Shown here piece by piece: positions 20,560 through 31,349 of a stretch of 36,662 nucleotides of DNA. The notes under the pieces were generated by a model, which saw only the letters and a list, made by a program, of their open reading frames with translations, had not been told where the DNA came from and did not search any database. Both the position numbers and the translations under genes were made by a program. Every line of letters begins with the position of its first letter. Position 1 is the first letter of the stretch. The DNA lies in NCBI RefSeq assembly GCF_001194135.2, contig NC_068991.1, positions 23,480,494 through 23,517,155 on the forward strand. The letters are read 5' to 3'. This DNA comes from Octopus bimaculoides (lineage: Eukaryota).

Positions 20560-20649
20560 TGCTATCACCAACATCAAGTAAGCTAACTTCCCAGTATATT
20601 GTGAAAAACAACCTGGCACACCATTATAGAATACTTCAGAATGTTTCAT
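20560..20649 (+). CDS. SPATA7: SPATA7-like coding exon
   Basis: Acceptor ctgttctttcctactacag, then (L)LSPTSSKLTSQYIVKNNLAHHYRILQNVS, then donor gtaagt. 90 nt, phase 1-1. Matches recalled human SSSLRLSTLQLVKNHMAVHYNKILSAK. Confidence 0.85.
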
Positions 20650-20669
20650 GTAAGTATTTGTCTTTGTTT

Positions 20670-21265
20670 TTTATCTTTTACTTGTTTCAGTCATTAGACT
20701 GCGGCCATGCTGGAGCATTGCCTTGAAGGATTTTTAGTCAAATGAATCAACCCCAGTACTTATTTTTGTTAATCCTGGTACTTATTCTATTGGTCTCTTT
20801 TTGCCGAACCGCTATGTTACAGGGACATAAACACACCAACACCGGTTTTCAAGTGGTACTGGGACATAAACGCAGATACAAAGGCACACACATAGATATA
20901 TACATATATATATGATAGACTTCTTCCAGTTTTTGTTTACCAAATCTACTCACAAGGCTTTGGTTGGTCCAAGGCTATAGTAGAAGACACTTGCCCAAGG
21001 TGCCACACAGTGAAATGAACCCAGAACAATGTGGTTGGGAAGCAAGCTTCTTATTTCTTTATTGCCCACAAGGGGCTAAACATAGAGGGGACAAACAAGG
21101 ACAGACAAAGTGATTAAGTCGATTACATTGACCCCAGTGCACACTGGTACTTAATTTATCAACCCCAAAAGGATGAAAGGGAAAGTCGACCTCGGTGGAA
21201 TTTGAACTCAGAACGTAATGGCAGACACCCGGCGTGCTAACGTTTCTTCTATGCCTGTGCCTATG
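20670..21265 (-). mobile_element. Full-length SINE family 1 interrupted by a family-2 variant insertion (about 21053-21248)
   Basis: The 3' end (ttttatcttttacttgtttcagtc-type) lies at about 20670. The head is split after agcaagcttctta and resumes at ctatgcctgtgccta. Confidence 0.85.
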
Positions 21266-21299
21266 TCTGTCTCTCTTTGTTCTTTTTTGCTTTTTAGAT

Positions 21300-21545
21300 C
21301 TGGTTTTTGTTGTGGTTTTTGTTGATTGCTTTTATCCCCAGGTCAACTCTGATCAAGCAAATTTATGGTCAAAGGGCTTCCAGTCTTTTTAGAGCTGTTT
21401 AGGAGTACTCTCCTTTCTTTGTAGAGGTATCTACGAATATATTATCTAATGTGCTTCTTCCCTTCCCAAGATGGATAAGGTTTGAGAGAAATTTGGCTGC
21501 TGTTTATGGCAGATAAAATGAAAATGTGAAAGCTCTTTCTCAAAT
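21300..21545 (-). mobile_element. SINE family 3 copy
   Basis: ttatccccaggtcaactctgatc...gagagaaatttggctgctgttt. Confidence 0.6.
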
Positions 21546-21794
21546 GATATTTCAAACAGGAAAAGATTTATTTTTAAAAATTTTCTGTGTCTGTTGAAAC
21601 CACAAATGGACAATGGACCATTCAAAAATGCTCATTGCTTTGACACATGTCTACAGTGATGAAATAAAATCACATCTTTAGTTTTCTTTCTTGTCAAGAC
21701 ACACTTCACTTTTTGTTTTTTTTCTTGTTTTTCTTGTTGTTGCTTTGTTTTTCCTTATACTTATCTTCCTTGTTTTGTTTTGGCTTTTTTATAG

Positions 21795-21842
21795 CCTGCA
21801 TTGATAATTCCACCCCACAGTCACTACTTAAAAGCCAGAAAA
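21795..21842 (+). CDS. SPATA7: SPATA7-like coding exon
   Basis: Acceptor ggcttttttatag, then (S)CIDNSTPQSLLKSQK(I), then donor gtaagt. 48 nt, phase 1-1. Human: AAVDCSVPVSVSTSIKY. Confidence 0.85.
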
Positions 21843-21894
21843 GTAAGTTTTAACTTTACCTTATTTCAACACGTAATTCTGAACTTGATATCAT

Positions 21895-22045
21895 TCTTCT
21901 TTCAGCTTCCGTCTGCCAAATTCACCCACTAGGCATTGGTCAGTCCAGGTCTAGAACAGCATTCACATGCCCAAGATGCTGTGCACTGGGACTGAACCCA
22001 AAACCACATGGTTGTAAAATGAACTTGTCACTGACACAGCTATGT
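21895..22045 (-). mobile_element. SINE family 1, 5' half
   Basis: ttcagcttccgtctgccaaattcacc...tgggactgaacccaaaaccacatggttg. Confidence 0.75.
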
Positions 22046-22559
22046 GTATAACAAAATTGTGATTAACAAAGTTTTCAAGAAGCTCAAGCTTGGAGTTTCT
22101 AAACTAGACATGGACAATCTTTTTTTCACAAACTGATCAGTATGATATATTGCTCATCATTAGGCAGCCACAATACTAAAAATTTCGAGATAATTTTTCA
22201 TTAAACGTGCCGTTCAGAAAGTTCTGTGGGCCATAGTTTGTTGCCTGTGACTGTTCAAACTCTTGGATTACATTTCTAAAATCCATGGCACACTTGGACA
22301 CTCTTTGCTGGTAGACCTATTCTGTTGTCCAGTTTAACACTGCCACCTAAACCTTGGATATCTTTAGCAGCAGTCTTTCTGTTAACAAGTAGTTGGCTCA
22401 GGTCTTCTGTATCAAGACAACTTATTCCTTTCTCAGAATTATTTGCAATGCCCTCCCTCTTGTAACTAGCATTCTCCTACCTCAACTGCTCTACCAAGTT
22501 AGTTTTTTTAATCTAGCAGTGACTGTGGTATTTATATTATTTGTTGTTATTGTTATTAC

Positions 22560-22905
22560 TGTTTTTTAAACCCCAAGTTGGTCCTAATCCAGCAGTGTTA
22601 TGATCAAATACATTCCAGCCATGACCAGTCCATCTTTTATTTCATCTACTGTGTATCTATGGTCTACATTATCCAATGTGTATTTTTGTTATTGTTTTTT
22701 TTTTATGCCAGCAGGGTGTGATTTAGGGAAGATTTCAATGCAGTTTCTAGTAGGTTGATCAACCACATAAAGGCCCCATTGTTGATGTTGATGTTATTGT
22801 TGATGGTAATGTTGCTGTTGTTGATGTCTTTAATGATTTTTTGTTGTTATTGTTGCTGATGATATTGTCCTTGATATTGATATAGTTGATGATGATGACG
22901 ATGAC
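22560..22905 (-). mobile_element. SINE family 3 copy followed by (TGT/GAT)n tract
   Basis: aaaccccaagttggtcctaatc...cattccagccatgacc...gggtgtgatttagggaagatt...tttctagtaggttg. Confidence 0.65.
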
Positions 22906-22949
22906 ACCATTGTTCCTTCTCTTCCTTATTTTTCACAATTCTGTTTCAG

Positions 22950-23086
22950 TTCGGGACAGAAATAAGCATAAAAAGCGACCTGCTTCACATTCTTCAGGAT
23001 GCAGCCTAACAAGATCCAGACCAGCCTCACAGACACAACAAGAGATGTACTATGGAAATACTTACAATTTACAAGAGGACTGGAAG
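22950..23086 (+). CDS. SPATA7: SPATA7-like coding exon
   Basis: Acceptor aattctgtttcag, then (I)RDRNKHKKRPASHSSGCSLTRSRPASQTQQEMYYGNTYNLQEDWK, then donor gtttgg. 137 nt, phase 1-0, bridging the flanking exons in frame. Confidence 0.78.
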
Positions 23087-23284
23087 GTTTGGTATACTTA
23101 CTGCCTGCATTGTCTTCAAGTTGTTCCCATTTCATTTTTTAACATTACACGCATACACACTCACACACATTAAATGTGTGTGTAAATGTCGGCTAAGCCT
23201 CTTCTGATCTGAGGAACTAGATTTCCTTCCCATCTTATATAGATATATTTGGAAAATGAATATTTATTATATAAATGTATAATA

Positions 23285-23665
23285 TAGGCATGGCTGTGTG
23301 GTAAGAAGCTTGCTGCCCAACCACATGGTTCCGGGGTCAGTTCCACTTCATAGCACCTTGGGCAAGTGTCTTCTACTATAGCCTCAAGCCAACCAAAGCC
23401 TTATGAGTGGATTTGGCAGACAGAAACTGAGAGAAGCCCATCGTGTATATATATGTATGTGCATTTGTGTTTTTCTTCCCTTCACTGCTTGACAATTAAT
23501 GTTGGTGTGTTTGCATCCCTGTAACTTAGCAGTTCAGCAAAATAGACCAATACAATAAGTACTAGGCTTAAATAAACTCTGGGGTTGATTTGTTTGATTA
23601 AAACCCTTCACAGTAGTGCTCCAGCATGGCCGCAATCAAATGACTGAAACAAATAAAAAGAAAAA
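23285..23665 (+). mobile_element. Full-length SINE family 1 (tRNA-like head, microsatellite spacer, 3' body)
   Basis: taggcatggctgtgtggtaagaagc...ggggtcagttcc...ccttgggcaagtgtc...gtaacttagcagttcagc...gactgaaacaaataaaaaga. Confidence 0.9.
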
Positions 23666-23733
23666 TATAATCCATTATTGAAACATGTGTACGATGGCTA
23701 TTTGGAACAATCCTTTTAAATAGTATACATATA

Positions 23734-24700
23734 CAAGGTGCAGTGAATAAATTGTCATCTAAATTATGCAAAAATGAAAATAACACTGACGTCTCATTTT
23801 AACAGATATATTTACCAAAATTACATTAAAATATCTTGAAATACTAAAGAGTAAATTTATTCAATAAAACTGCCATTGGCTTCAACTTCGACCGCCAGAC
23901 GACTTTGAAATCTCCTGTAACTCTTCTGGACAGTCTCCTTGTTTAAGTTAGTGAATGCTGCCATAATCCTTGCCTTCAGTTCACCTTTGGTGTTACAAGG
24001 TGTTTTGTTGGTCTCTTGCTCAATTGTGCCCGACACATAATAATCAAGGGGGTTGCAGTCTGGGGAGTTAGTTAGGCAGGTGTTAGGGGTAATGTGGTCA
24101 CAGAAATTGTCTGACAGCCATGACTGGGTTCTCCTACTTGTGCGGCATGGTGCAAAGTCCTGTTGCCAGAAATAGGGTCTTCCAGTAGCCACCCTCTTGA
24201 CCTAGGGCAGCACTACCTCCTCCAGGCACTAGAGGTCGTGTAGGAAGATGAATGAAGTCATAATGTCACCATCATTAGTGATCACTCCAAGCACCCTGAT
24301 GTTGATTGGGTGTTTGAGTTTTATCACTCTCGGTACATATTTTGGAGACATGTCAAGTCAATAGTTGTTCTGTGTGTTCACCATCTGAACCTGACAGAAA
24401 TTTTTCTTGTCTGAGAAAAACCAAGGCATGTTCGGTTGAAGGGGATGCTTGAGTTTGTTCAAAAGCTTCGTAGTGTGGTCTTTCCTCTTGTCCTTGATGG
24501 CTTGCCATAAAAATTGGCCCTTTCTCATCTTGTATGAGGAATACGGAATGTCTTCATGCACTATCTACCTGATAAGAAATTCAGATACTCCCATGTCCCT
24601 CGCAATGGACTTGATTGACTTTGAGGGATCGTTGTCAATCATGGCCTGGATCACACCAACAAATTCATTGACCTGTTTCAATGATTCTTTTTAGCAATGG
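23734..24700 (-). mobile_element. maT-type (DD37D) Tc1/mariner transposon, 5'-truncated pseudogene
   Basis: TA followed by caaggtgcagtg terminus at 23732. Motifs FFSDKKNF and WQQDFAP...NSPDCNPLD with 37 residues between the last two Asp. Stop at 23857. Confidence 0.85.
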
Positions 24701-24880
24701 CTTTGCTCTTATCCGAAAAAAATACAGGAGAGTCAGTTAATCATGATTTTATTCAACATATTCTCCTCTGAGATTCAGACACTTATTGCAGTGGTCCTTC
24801 AGTTTTTCTAAACCCAGTAAAAGAACTTGGCAGGCTGGGCCTCCAACCAGACCTTTCACAATACCCTTAAAGCTTGGATC
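24700..24880 (-). mobile_element. 3' fragment of a second mariner family
   Basis: Minus strand reads WLEAQPAKFFY(frameshift)GLEKLKDHCNKCLNLRGEYVE*, a typical mariner C-terminus. Confidence 0.65.
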
Positions 24881-25276
24881 TTTTCTGCATATTGAAATAT
24901 TATTTGGACTGAAGATCTGGTTTGAATATTTGCAGCACCTTACGGTTTATACAAAAGGTACACAAGGACCTGGTTGTTTAGTGGGCCTATCAGTCAAAAT
25001 TAGGTTTATACAAAAAGCAGTCATGGACTTGGATGTAGTTATTCAATAGGGTGGTTTCTATATACCACTGAAAATTTGGTATATACCAAAGATGCTCAAG
25101 AACCTGATGATGGCGTCAGACTAAGTGTGTTTTTATACCATTCAAAGTTAGATATATATAAACAAACAGACAATGAAATATATTGCAAGAGATTATTTGG
25201 TTAAAATGAATCACATTCAGTGTTTTATAAGTGCTCAAAATTGTTGATATTTTTCTTTTATATTTCCATCTTGCAG

Positions 25277-26127
25277 GAAGCTTTCAAAGATGTTGCTGAT
25301 GATGATGAACTCTACCAAATTGTACGAGCTACTCTTGGAAGAAAACCTGATCATTCTTTCATGACTGATTATTATTCTGATGATGGTTCCAAAGATGGTT
25401 ATTATGGGTTTAATCAAAGTTCTAGGCTTTCCAGCTATGACGATAGATATTCTGCATCTTCAAATTTCCCACCTTCTCGTCAGTCTCAAGCCTTCAGTTC
25501 TAGCAGCAGATCAATGAAAAACTCTAAGAAATCAAGCCATTTGCTAATGAAAGACAAACCAGGTGATGTCCTCCAAAGTCGGACGCATGTATTTACACAA
25601 CCTGAAAAAGCATTCATACCTAGGATCCTGAAAACCAGTAAAAAGTCTCTGCTGAGTGAATGTAAATACTATAACCCTCCAAAGTTCCGCAAAAGCAAGG
25701 CAGAGAGTGAATCTCAGAAAGACAAAAAGGAAAAACTTTCAGACCAATCTGAAACTTCAAACTATCCTGATCCAGAATCTTTGACAGAATCAACATCCTA
25801 CATCTCTTCACGATCATCTAAATCCCATTCTACCTTAGTTGAAGAACCAGTGCCTCAGTTAGACTTGTTACCAGATAAAGAAGGAAGAAGTGACAAAACT
25901 AAAGTCAAGAAACACACAAGAAATAACACTAAGGAGAATATCATATTGGAAAATGAAAACTCTGATTTAAAGAACACTACATTGAGTAGACATAAATCTA
26001 AATTGAATTCAACAGATAATGCCTTCAAAACTCAAAATTCGTCAAAAGCACCTTCAGATCTTTACCAATCCAATGCAACAAGCAGCCATCTCCAATCTCC
26101 AAAAGCATTAAATGAAATTAACAAAAG
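25277..26127 (+). CDS. SPATA7: SPATA7-like large internal exon containing the family core motif
   Basis: Acceptor atttccatcttgcag, 851-nt open frame, donor AG|gtgatg; phase 0-2. GDVLQSRTHVFTQPEKAFIPRILKTSKKSLLSECKYYNPPKFRK aligns to recalled human SPATA7 [43 protein letters not shown]. Confidence 0.9.
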
Positions 26128-26159
26128 GTGATGGTTTAATTTATTTTATTTGGGAAATA

Positions 26160-26345
<186 letters not shown>

Positions 26346-26575
26346 TAATTACTGGTTATGATACATAGAGAAATGTTGGAGAAATTATGAATGACATAAA
26401 TTTATGCCATATGTTCCCTGTGTACATTTCACTATTGTAGTTTTTGTTCCAAGAGCAATTAGCAATTGGATGCTTCACCAAAGCATATCATCAGGAGAAT
26501 GATTTATTGCATTATAATTACAAAAATCAACTGTCTGATATAGGGAACATATGATCCTACATGCACACACATATA

Positions 26576-27837
26576 CAGGGTGTCCCAGAAAAATTTACCC
26601 ATGTTGAAAACTCTTCATAAAGAATATAGGTTCAGGTAATATTATCTACATTTTACATATAGATTTGCATGTCTTTTGTTCATGTGCCTATTGTTTCATT
26701 CGTCTATAACAGGTTTGTAAACAAACATAGCATCAAAAGCAAAATGTGACCAGGTTGTTGCTTTGAAGACAGCGGGAGTGGGTAACAAGGACTTAAAACA
26801 GTTGAATATGTGCCTTAAAACAGTGTTCAAGACCTAGAAACAATATATGGAGTCCGCTACTACCTCAAGCATGCCAATTCCTGGTAGGAAATGATCAATT
26901 CATACCAAACTGTTGAAACTATGAAGAAGCAAATGAACTGATATCCCCACAGGAATGCAAGAAAAACTGCAAAAGCTCTTGATATTTTGAAATTGTCAAT
27001 GCACAGGGTTTTTAGAGAAGATTTAAAGTTAACTGCATACAAGAAACAATCCCTGTAGTTAATTTTAGCAGCTCCCAAGAAGAAACGGTTTGATATGGGT
27101 AAAACCATGTTAGCTGAGATGAAACATGCTGCTAACAAAGAGTTGATTTGGTCCAACGAGAAGATCTTCAGCATGGAAGCAGTTACCAACAGGTAGAATG
27201 ATAGGCTTTATGCAGAGAATGCAGGAGACTTGCCCGAAGGTAGCAGGAGTCATTTACACTGTCAGATGCCAGCTTTAGTCATGGTGTGGGCCACAGTTGC
27301 ATCTGATGGGTTCAAGCCTCCCTTGATCTTCATCGATGCTGAAATTTATGTGGAAATGTTGAATGAGAAAGTGTTACCCTGGGTCACAGAAGCCTTTGGT
27401 GACCATTACGTCTTCACTCAAGACAGAGCTCCGGCCCACACATCCATTTTGACACAGAGGTGGTGCAAAGAACATTTCAGGGACAAGACAATATGGTCTC
27501 CCTCAAGTCCAGACATCAATCCCATGGACTTTGCTATCTGGTCCATCTTAGAGAGTAACGTTTCTGCTCACTCCTGTTCAAATGTATCAGATCTGAAGAA
27601 AGCTCTTCTGTCTTCATGGGTCAAGTTGGATGAAGTGGTGGTATGGCACTCATGCAACTCAGGGTCCACTTGTTTGTAGGCTATGATCAAGATGAAAGGT
27701 GATCATTTTGAAATGTACTTACTGCAATGGATTGACAATTTACATTAGAACGTGTGTGCCAAATTTCATTAACCTACCTTAAGTTTATTTTGAATAATTA
27801 AGAAACATCAATGGGTAAATCTTTCTAGGACACCCTG
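26576..27837 (+). mobile_element. maT-like Tc1/mariner transposon with intact TIRs and decayed transposase
   Basis: TA, then cagggtgtcccagaaaaatttacccat ... atgggtaaatctttctaggacaccctg (25/27 TIR). Motifs WSNEK (catalytic D mutated to N), VMVWATV, FTQDRAPAH, WSPSSPDINPMDFAIW. Confidence 0.9.
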
Positions 27838-28015
27838 TTTATACTGTATGGTTTAAGGTGATGACTTCAATTTTATTTTGCTAGGAATATAATGTATACT
27901 ATCTGATTAAATTTGTCTATTATCTAATGTGCTGCAATCATTAGCCAATGGCTGGGCCTCTATTGGTTGCTCTACTTACTAGGGTTAAATGGATTGGATT
28001 GTATCATATTCTATA

Positions 28016-28743
28016 GGGCTTTCCTATAGGTAGGTTATCTCCCTTGGCTAGGCAGCGCTCCATGTAGATAATTAAACTTCCGGAGGCTAACCCACGCCAT
28101 TGTTATTGTTTTACGTCTTATCATGGATATAAAGCAGCTTGATGATTCAGCTATTGAAGTACTTACTGTGCCTGAGTTAAAGAAATATTTAAGATTATAT
28201 GGACAGTATGTTACTGGAAGAAAGGCGGACTTGACTGAAAGGTTGAAAGGAATAAAAATTTTGTCGATGAAGAATGTCAACAAAGTAAATTCATTGGACG
28301 ATAAGTCTGAAGTATCGGACGATACTTCAGACAGGAATAAGCAGAAGCTTATATCTCCTCTCGGTGAAGTATTGCCTGATCTAAAGATCTTTGTAAGTTG
28401 CCGAATTTCACAGATAATGACATAATTACCTCGTGCTACGGATGAAAGCAAAGCAACAGTTAAGGAGTGGCATATTTTACCACGACAGACACGTACACAG
28501 CATCGAATACCACGATGTGAGTGAAAGCTGCTCTCACTGTATTGTCCGGTGTCTGGTAATCCCTTCAATACCGACATCAAACCAAAAAAAGAATCCTGAC
28601 CACAGAGTGTGGGTAATTATGTCAAAGGTCACTGGCAATGTGCATTCAGCTGATTGCAACTGTTAAAGCAAGTCACTGAGCATGCGTACATGTCATACGG
28701 GAGAGTTCCAATCAGGGGTGGATAACACCTTATAGGAAAGCCC
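28016..28743 (+). mobile_element. Non-autonomous TIR element carrying a SAP plus truncated SWIM-like ORF (possible ISL2EU/PIF-Harbinger-related accessory gene remnant)
   Basis: TIR GGGCTTTCCTATA(A)GGT(AG)GTTATC at both ends, flanked by TATA. ORF from 28123 has the SAP motif LTVPELKKYLRLYGQYVTGRKADLTERLK; after frameshifts it continues to HRVWVIMSKVTGNVHSADCNC*. Confidence 0.75.
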
Positions 28744-29098
28744 TATACCTATTTGCCTTATCAACAGAGATTAAGTGATTACATTACCTTCTAAATCTTT
28801 TTAAGGTGTATCACAACCTCATAAGTACATACTCTGCCTGTAGTTCATGACACTTCTTCATCTCAAGACAATAAGGTAGCCTCTGTTAAGTCACTTGATT
28901 TGCTAGTCATTTAATCTGCTAGAAATGGCAGTCTTATCTCTCAAATCACACACTGTGGTTTTTAAAAAAGAGGACCTTTTGGGTAATTTAGTCCAACATT
29001 ATATTATACATATTAGAAAATACATATTAGTGGCAGAGGTGTTATCAATACTGAGAGGTAAGCATGCACTTTGCAGGGAAAGCCAATATGAGAGTATC

Positions 29099-29517
29099 TC
29101 ATGGTATCTACTGCAGTGTAGTTTGTTCTAACAGAACATCCACGTGTAAGTGGGGATAAAAATTACCTCTCATATTAATACTGCTACTGTTGCTAATATA
29201 TATTTTTTAACAAGCTCACTGGCTAACTGCGACACCAGCGCCTGTTCTGGCACTGTTTTTCTATTTATTGCTGGCGGGGAGATGAGTTGTAGCTATCTCT
29301 GACAGTTGAACATCCATCATTGATAAGACCAAGGGACATTGAAATCACATGATCTGGTGGTCTCAGTGCTGGAGGTGGCAGGGGCTTATCTCCCTGCTAA
29401 TGACATAGACAAGAGTACATTTTGCACCAAAAACCTATATGTAAGTTTCTCTCATGTTATCTACCGCAGTAAAATTTGTTCTAACAGAACATTGGGATTT
29501 AAGTGGGGATAAATATT
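29099..29517. repeat. Pair of 66-bp direct repeats 353 bp apart
   Basis: 29099-29164 vs 29452-29517, about 82% identical; 18-nt perfect core tttgttctaacagaacat. Confidence 0.85.
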
Positions 29518-30114
29518 GCATTATATTTGAAACAAAAAAAAATATGCAGTAGTCATGATTGGAAAGCCTCTAATCTACTTCATCTGAGTCTTAACAACAA
29601 GCTCATAGATGTCACCACCTTCTTTGGGTTTATTTTACAACTGTCCATTCTTCTCTGCACTAGCAAGACATTTATCACCCCTGCCTAATCCCACACAATG
29701 CACCTTTCTTTCTTCTTCTCATTACCACCCAGTCAATGTCTTTTATTACCCACAAATCACTTTTACCCAATCCGTCTTACCTGTAACTGAAGTGCCTCCC
29801 CTTGCTCCTTCTCTGCTCACATTTTCCCCTGAAACACTGACCCACTAAAACTTTAAATTAAACATTAACTTCAGTGGTCTGAGTGAACTCAGAAAGTGAT
29901 AGCACATCTAAGTTATTGTTGTTGCTGGTTAGCCTTCACATATTCTAACTGACTGTTTCATCTTTTTACCTCACTAGTATAAGTAATGAAATGTGACTCA
30001 TCAGTCTGAAGGTTAACAACAACTGTATGACTCACCAAGACCTACCTTTATGCTTCTTTTGCATTACCTTCTTCTAAACTGATATAATCAGATTGTTTCC
30101 AAGTTAAATAACAT

Positions 30115-30480
30115 ATTCATCACTATGTAACCAGCTCTTTCAGTTAAATAGCCAGTTCTTTACTGGTTATGTAACTTTCTGTTTCACTATGTAACTAGCT
30201 CTTTCAGTTGAATAACCAGTTCTCTACAAGTTATTGAACTGATGATGCAGCTATCTTTTTCAGCTCGGTAGCCTATTTTTTACCATGTAACCAGCTCTTT
30301 CGGTTAAGTAGCCAGTTCATTACTAGTTACTGGCTATGTCACTAGCTGTTTCAGTTAAATAGCCTATTCTTTACTGTGTAGCTGATTCTTTCAGATAAAT
30401 AGCCTGTTCTTTATTATTTACATAATTTATTTACAGTTCCTTCAATTAAATAACCAGTTCTTTACTTTGTAACCTGTTGT
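30115..30480. repeat. Degenerate minisatellite, about 40-bp unit (actatgtaaccagctctttcagttaaatagccagttcttt)
   Basis: About 8 diverged copies, directly visible. Confidence 0.85.
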
Positions 30481-30571
30481 TTTCTGCATTTACTGATATG
30501 TTATTAATGACCTATTTTCCATATATTAGCAATATAAACAATATCCTTTTGTGTGTGTTTGTGTCTTCCAG

Positions 30572-30646
30572 CAGTGAATGTGAATATATCAACTTCATGA
30601 AACATGTCACAGAAGATATCTTACTCAAAGGTTTATTCACAAACAG
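30572..30646 (+). CDS. SPATA7: SPATA7-like coding exon (NAGNAG acceptor)
   Basis: Acceptor gtcttccag|cag, then (S)SECEYINFMKHVTEDILLKGLFTN(R), then donor gtaaag. 75 nt, phase 2-2. Human: EEELLYLSFIEDVTDEILKLGLFSNR. Confidence 0.9.
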
Positions 30647-30769
30647 GTAAAGTAACAACTCCAAGATCTGGTTCCAAGTTCCTTTGCAATTGGGCTTGTA
30701 GGGTATGAATAGATGAGTGGATCAGATAGGGGATGATCCACCGAGAAGTCAGTGGTTTATACCATCATC

Positions 30770-31105
30770 TTCAATGTTTTAACATCTACTTTTCCATGTT
30801 TGTGTGGGTCAGACAGAATTTGTTGAGGTAAGTTTTCTACAGCTTGATGCCCTTCCTGTCACTAACCCTCACCTGTTTCCCAACAAGGTAACATTTACCC
30901 ATGGCCAGATATGTTTTCATTGAAGGTTGGAAACAAATGACACTGTTTGGACAATTGCGACACTCATTTTGCAACCATGATGCAACATCAAGACAAGGTA
31001 ACAAACACACACACACACATATGTGCATGCACATGACAGGCTTCTTTTAGTTTCTCTCTGCCAAATCCACAGCCTAGGTTGTCATGCAGTGGGATTGAAC
31101 CTGAA
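30770..31105 (-). mobile_element. SINE with family-1 head and RTE-type (family A) tail
   Basis: catcatc...ttttccatg...gatgcccttcct...(CA)n...ccaaatccac...gcagtgggattgaacc. Confidence 0.75.
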
Positions 31106-31299
31106 ACTGAGGTGGGAGCTTCATTGAAAGAGATCTTCACCTCAAAAGGCAAGGAATGATATTAGCATGGGATTAAAGAACTGGCAGAAATTTGGCTTCA
31201 GACAGTGTAACACAATGGACTCTACTTTGAATGCTTGTCTGCTTTTGTTGTATTTTGACAAATAAAGCAAATATGTTACCAAAATATTGCAAAATATAT

Positions 31300-31302
31300 A
31301 CA

Positions 31303-31349
<47 letters not shown>

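Noticed and set aside
23285-23350. tRNA-like A/B boxes in SINE heads (many copies)
   Set aside because: No complete cloverleaf is present; each continues into SINE body sequence, so they are not tRNA genes.
28035-28580. 181-aa minus-strand ORF
   Set aside because: It is the antisense of the SAP/SWIM ORF and has no recognisable motifs.
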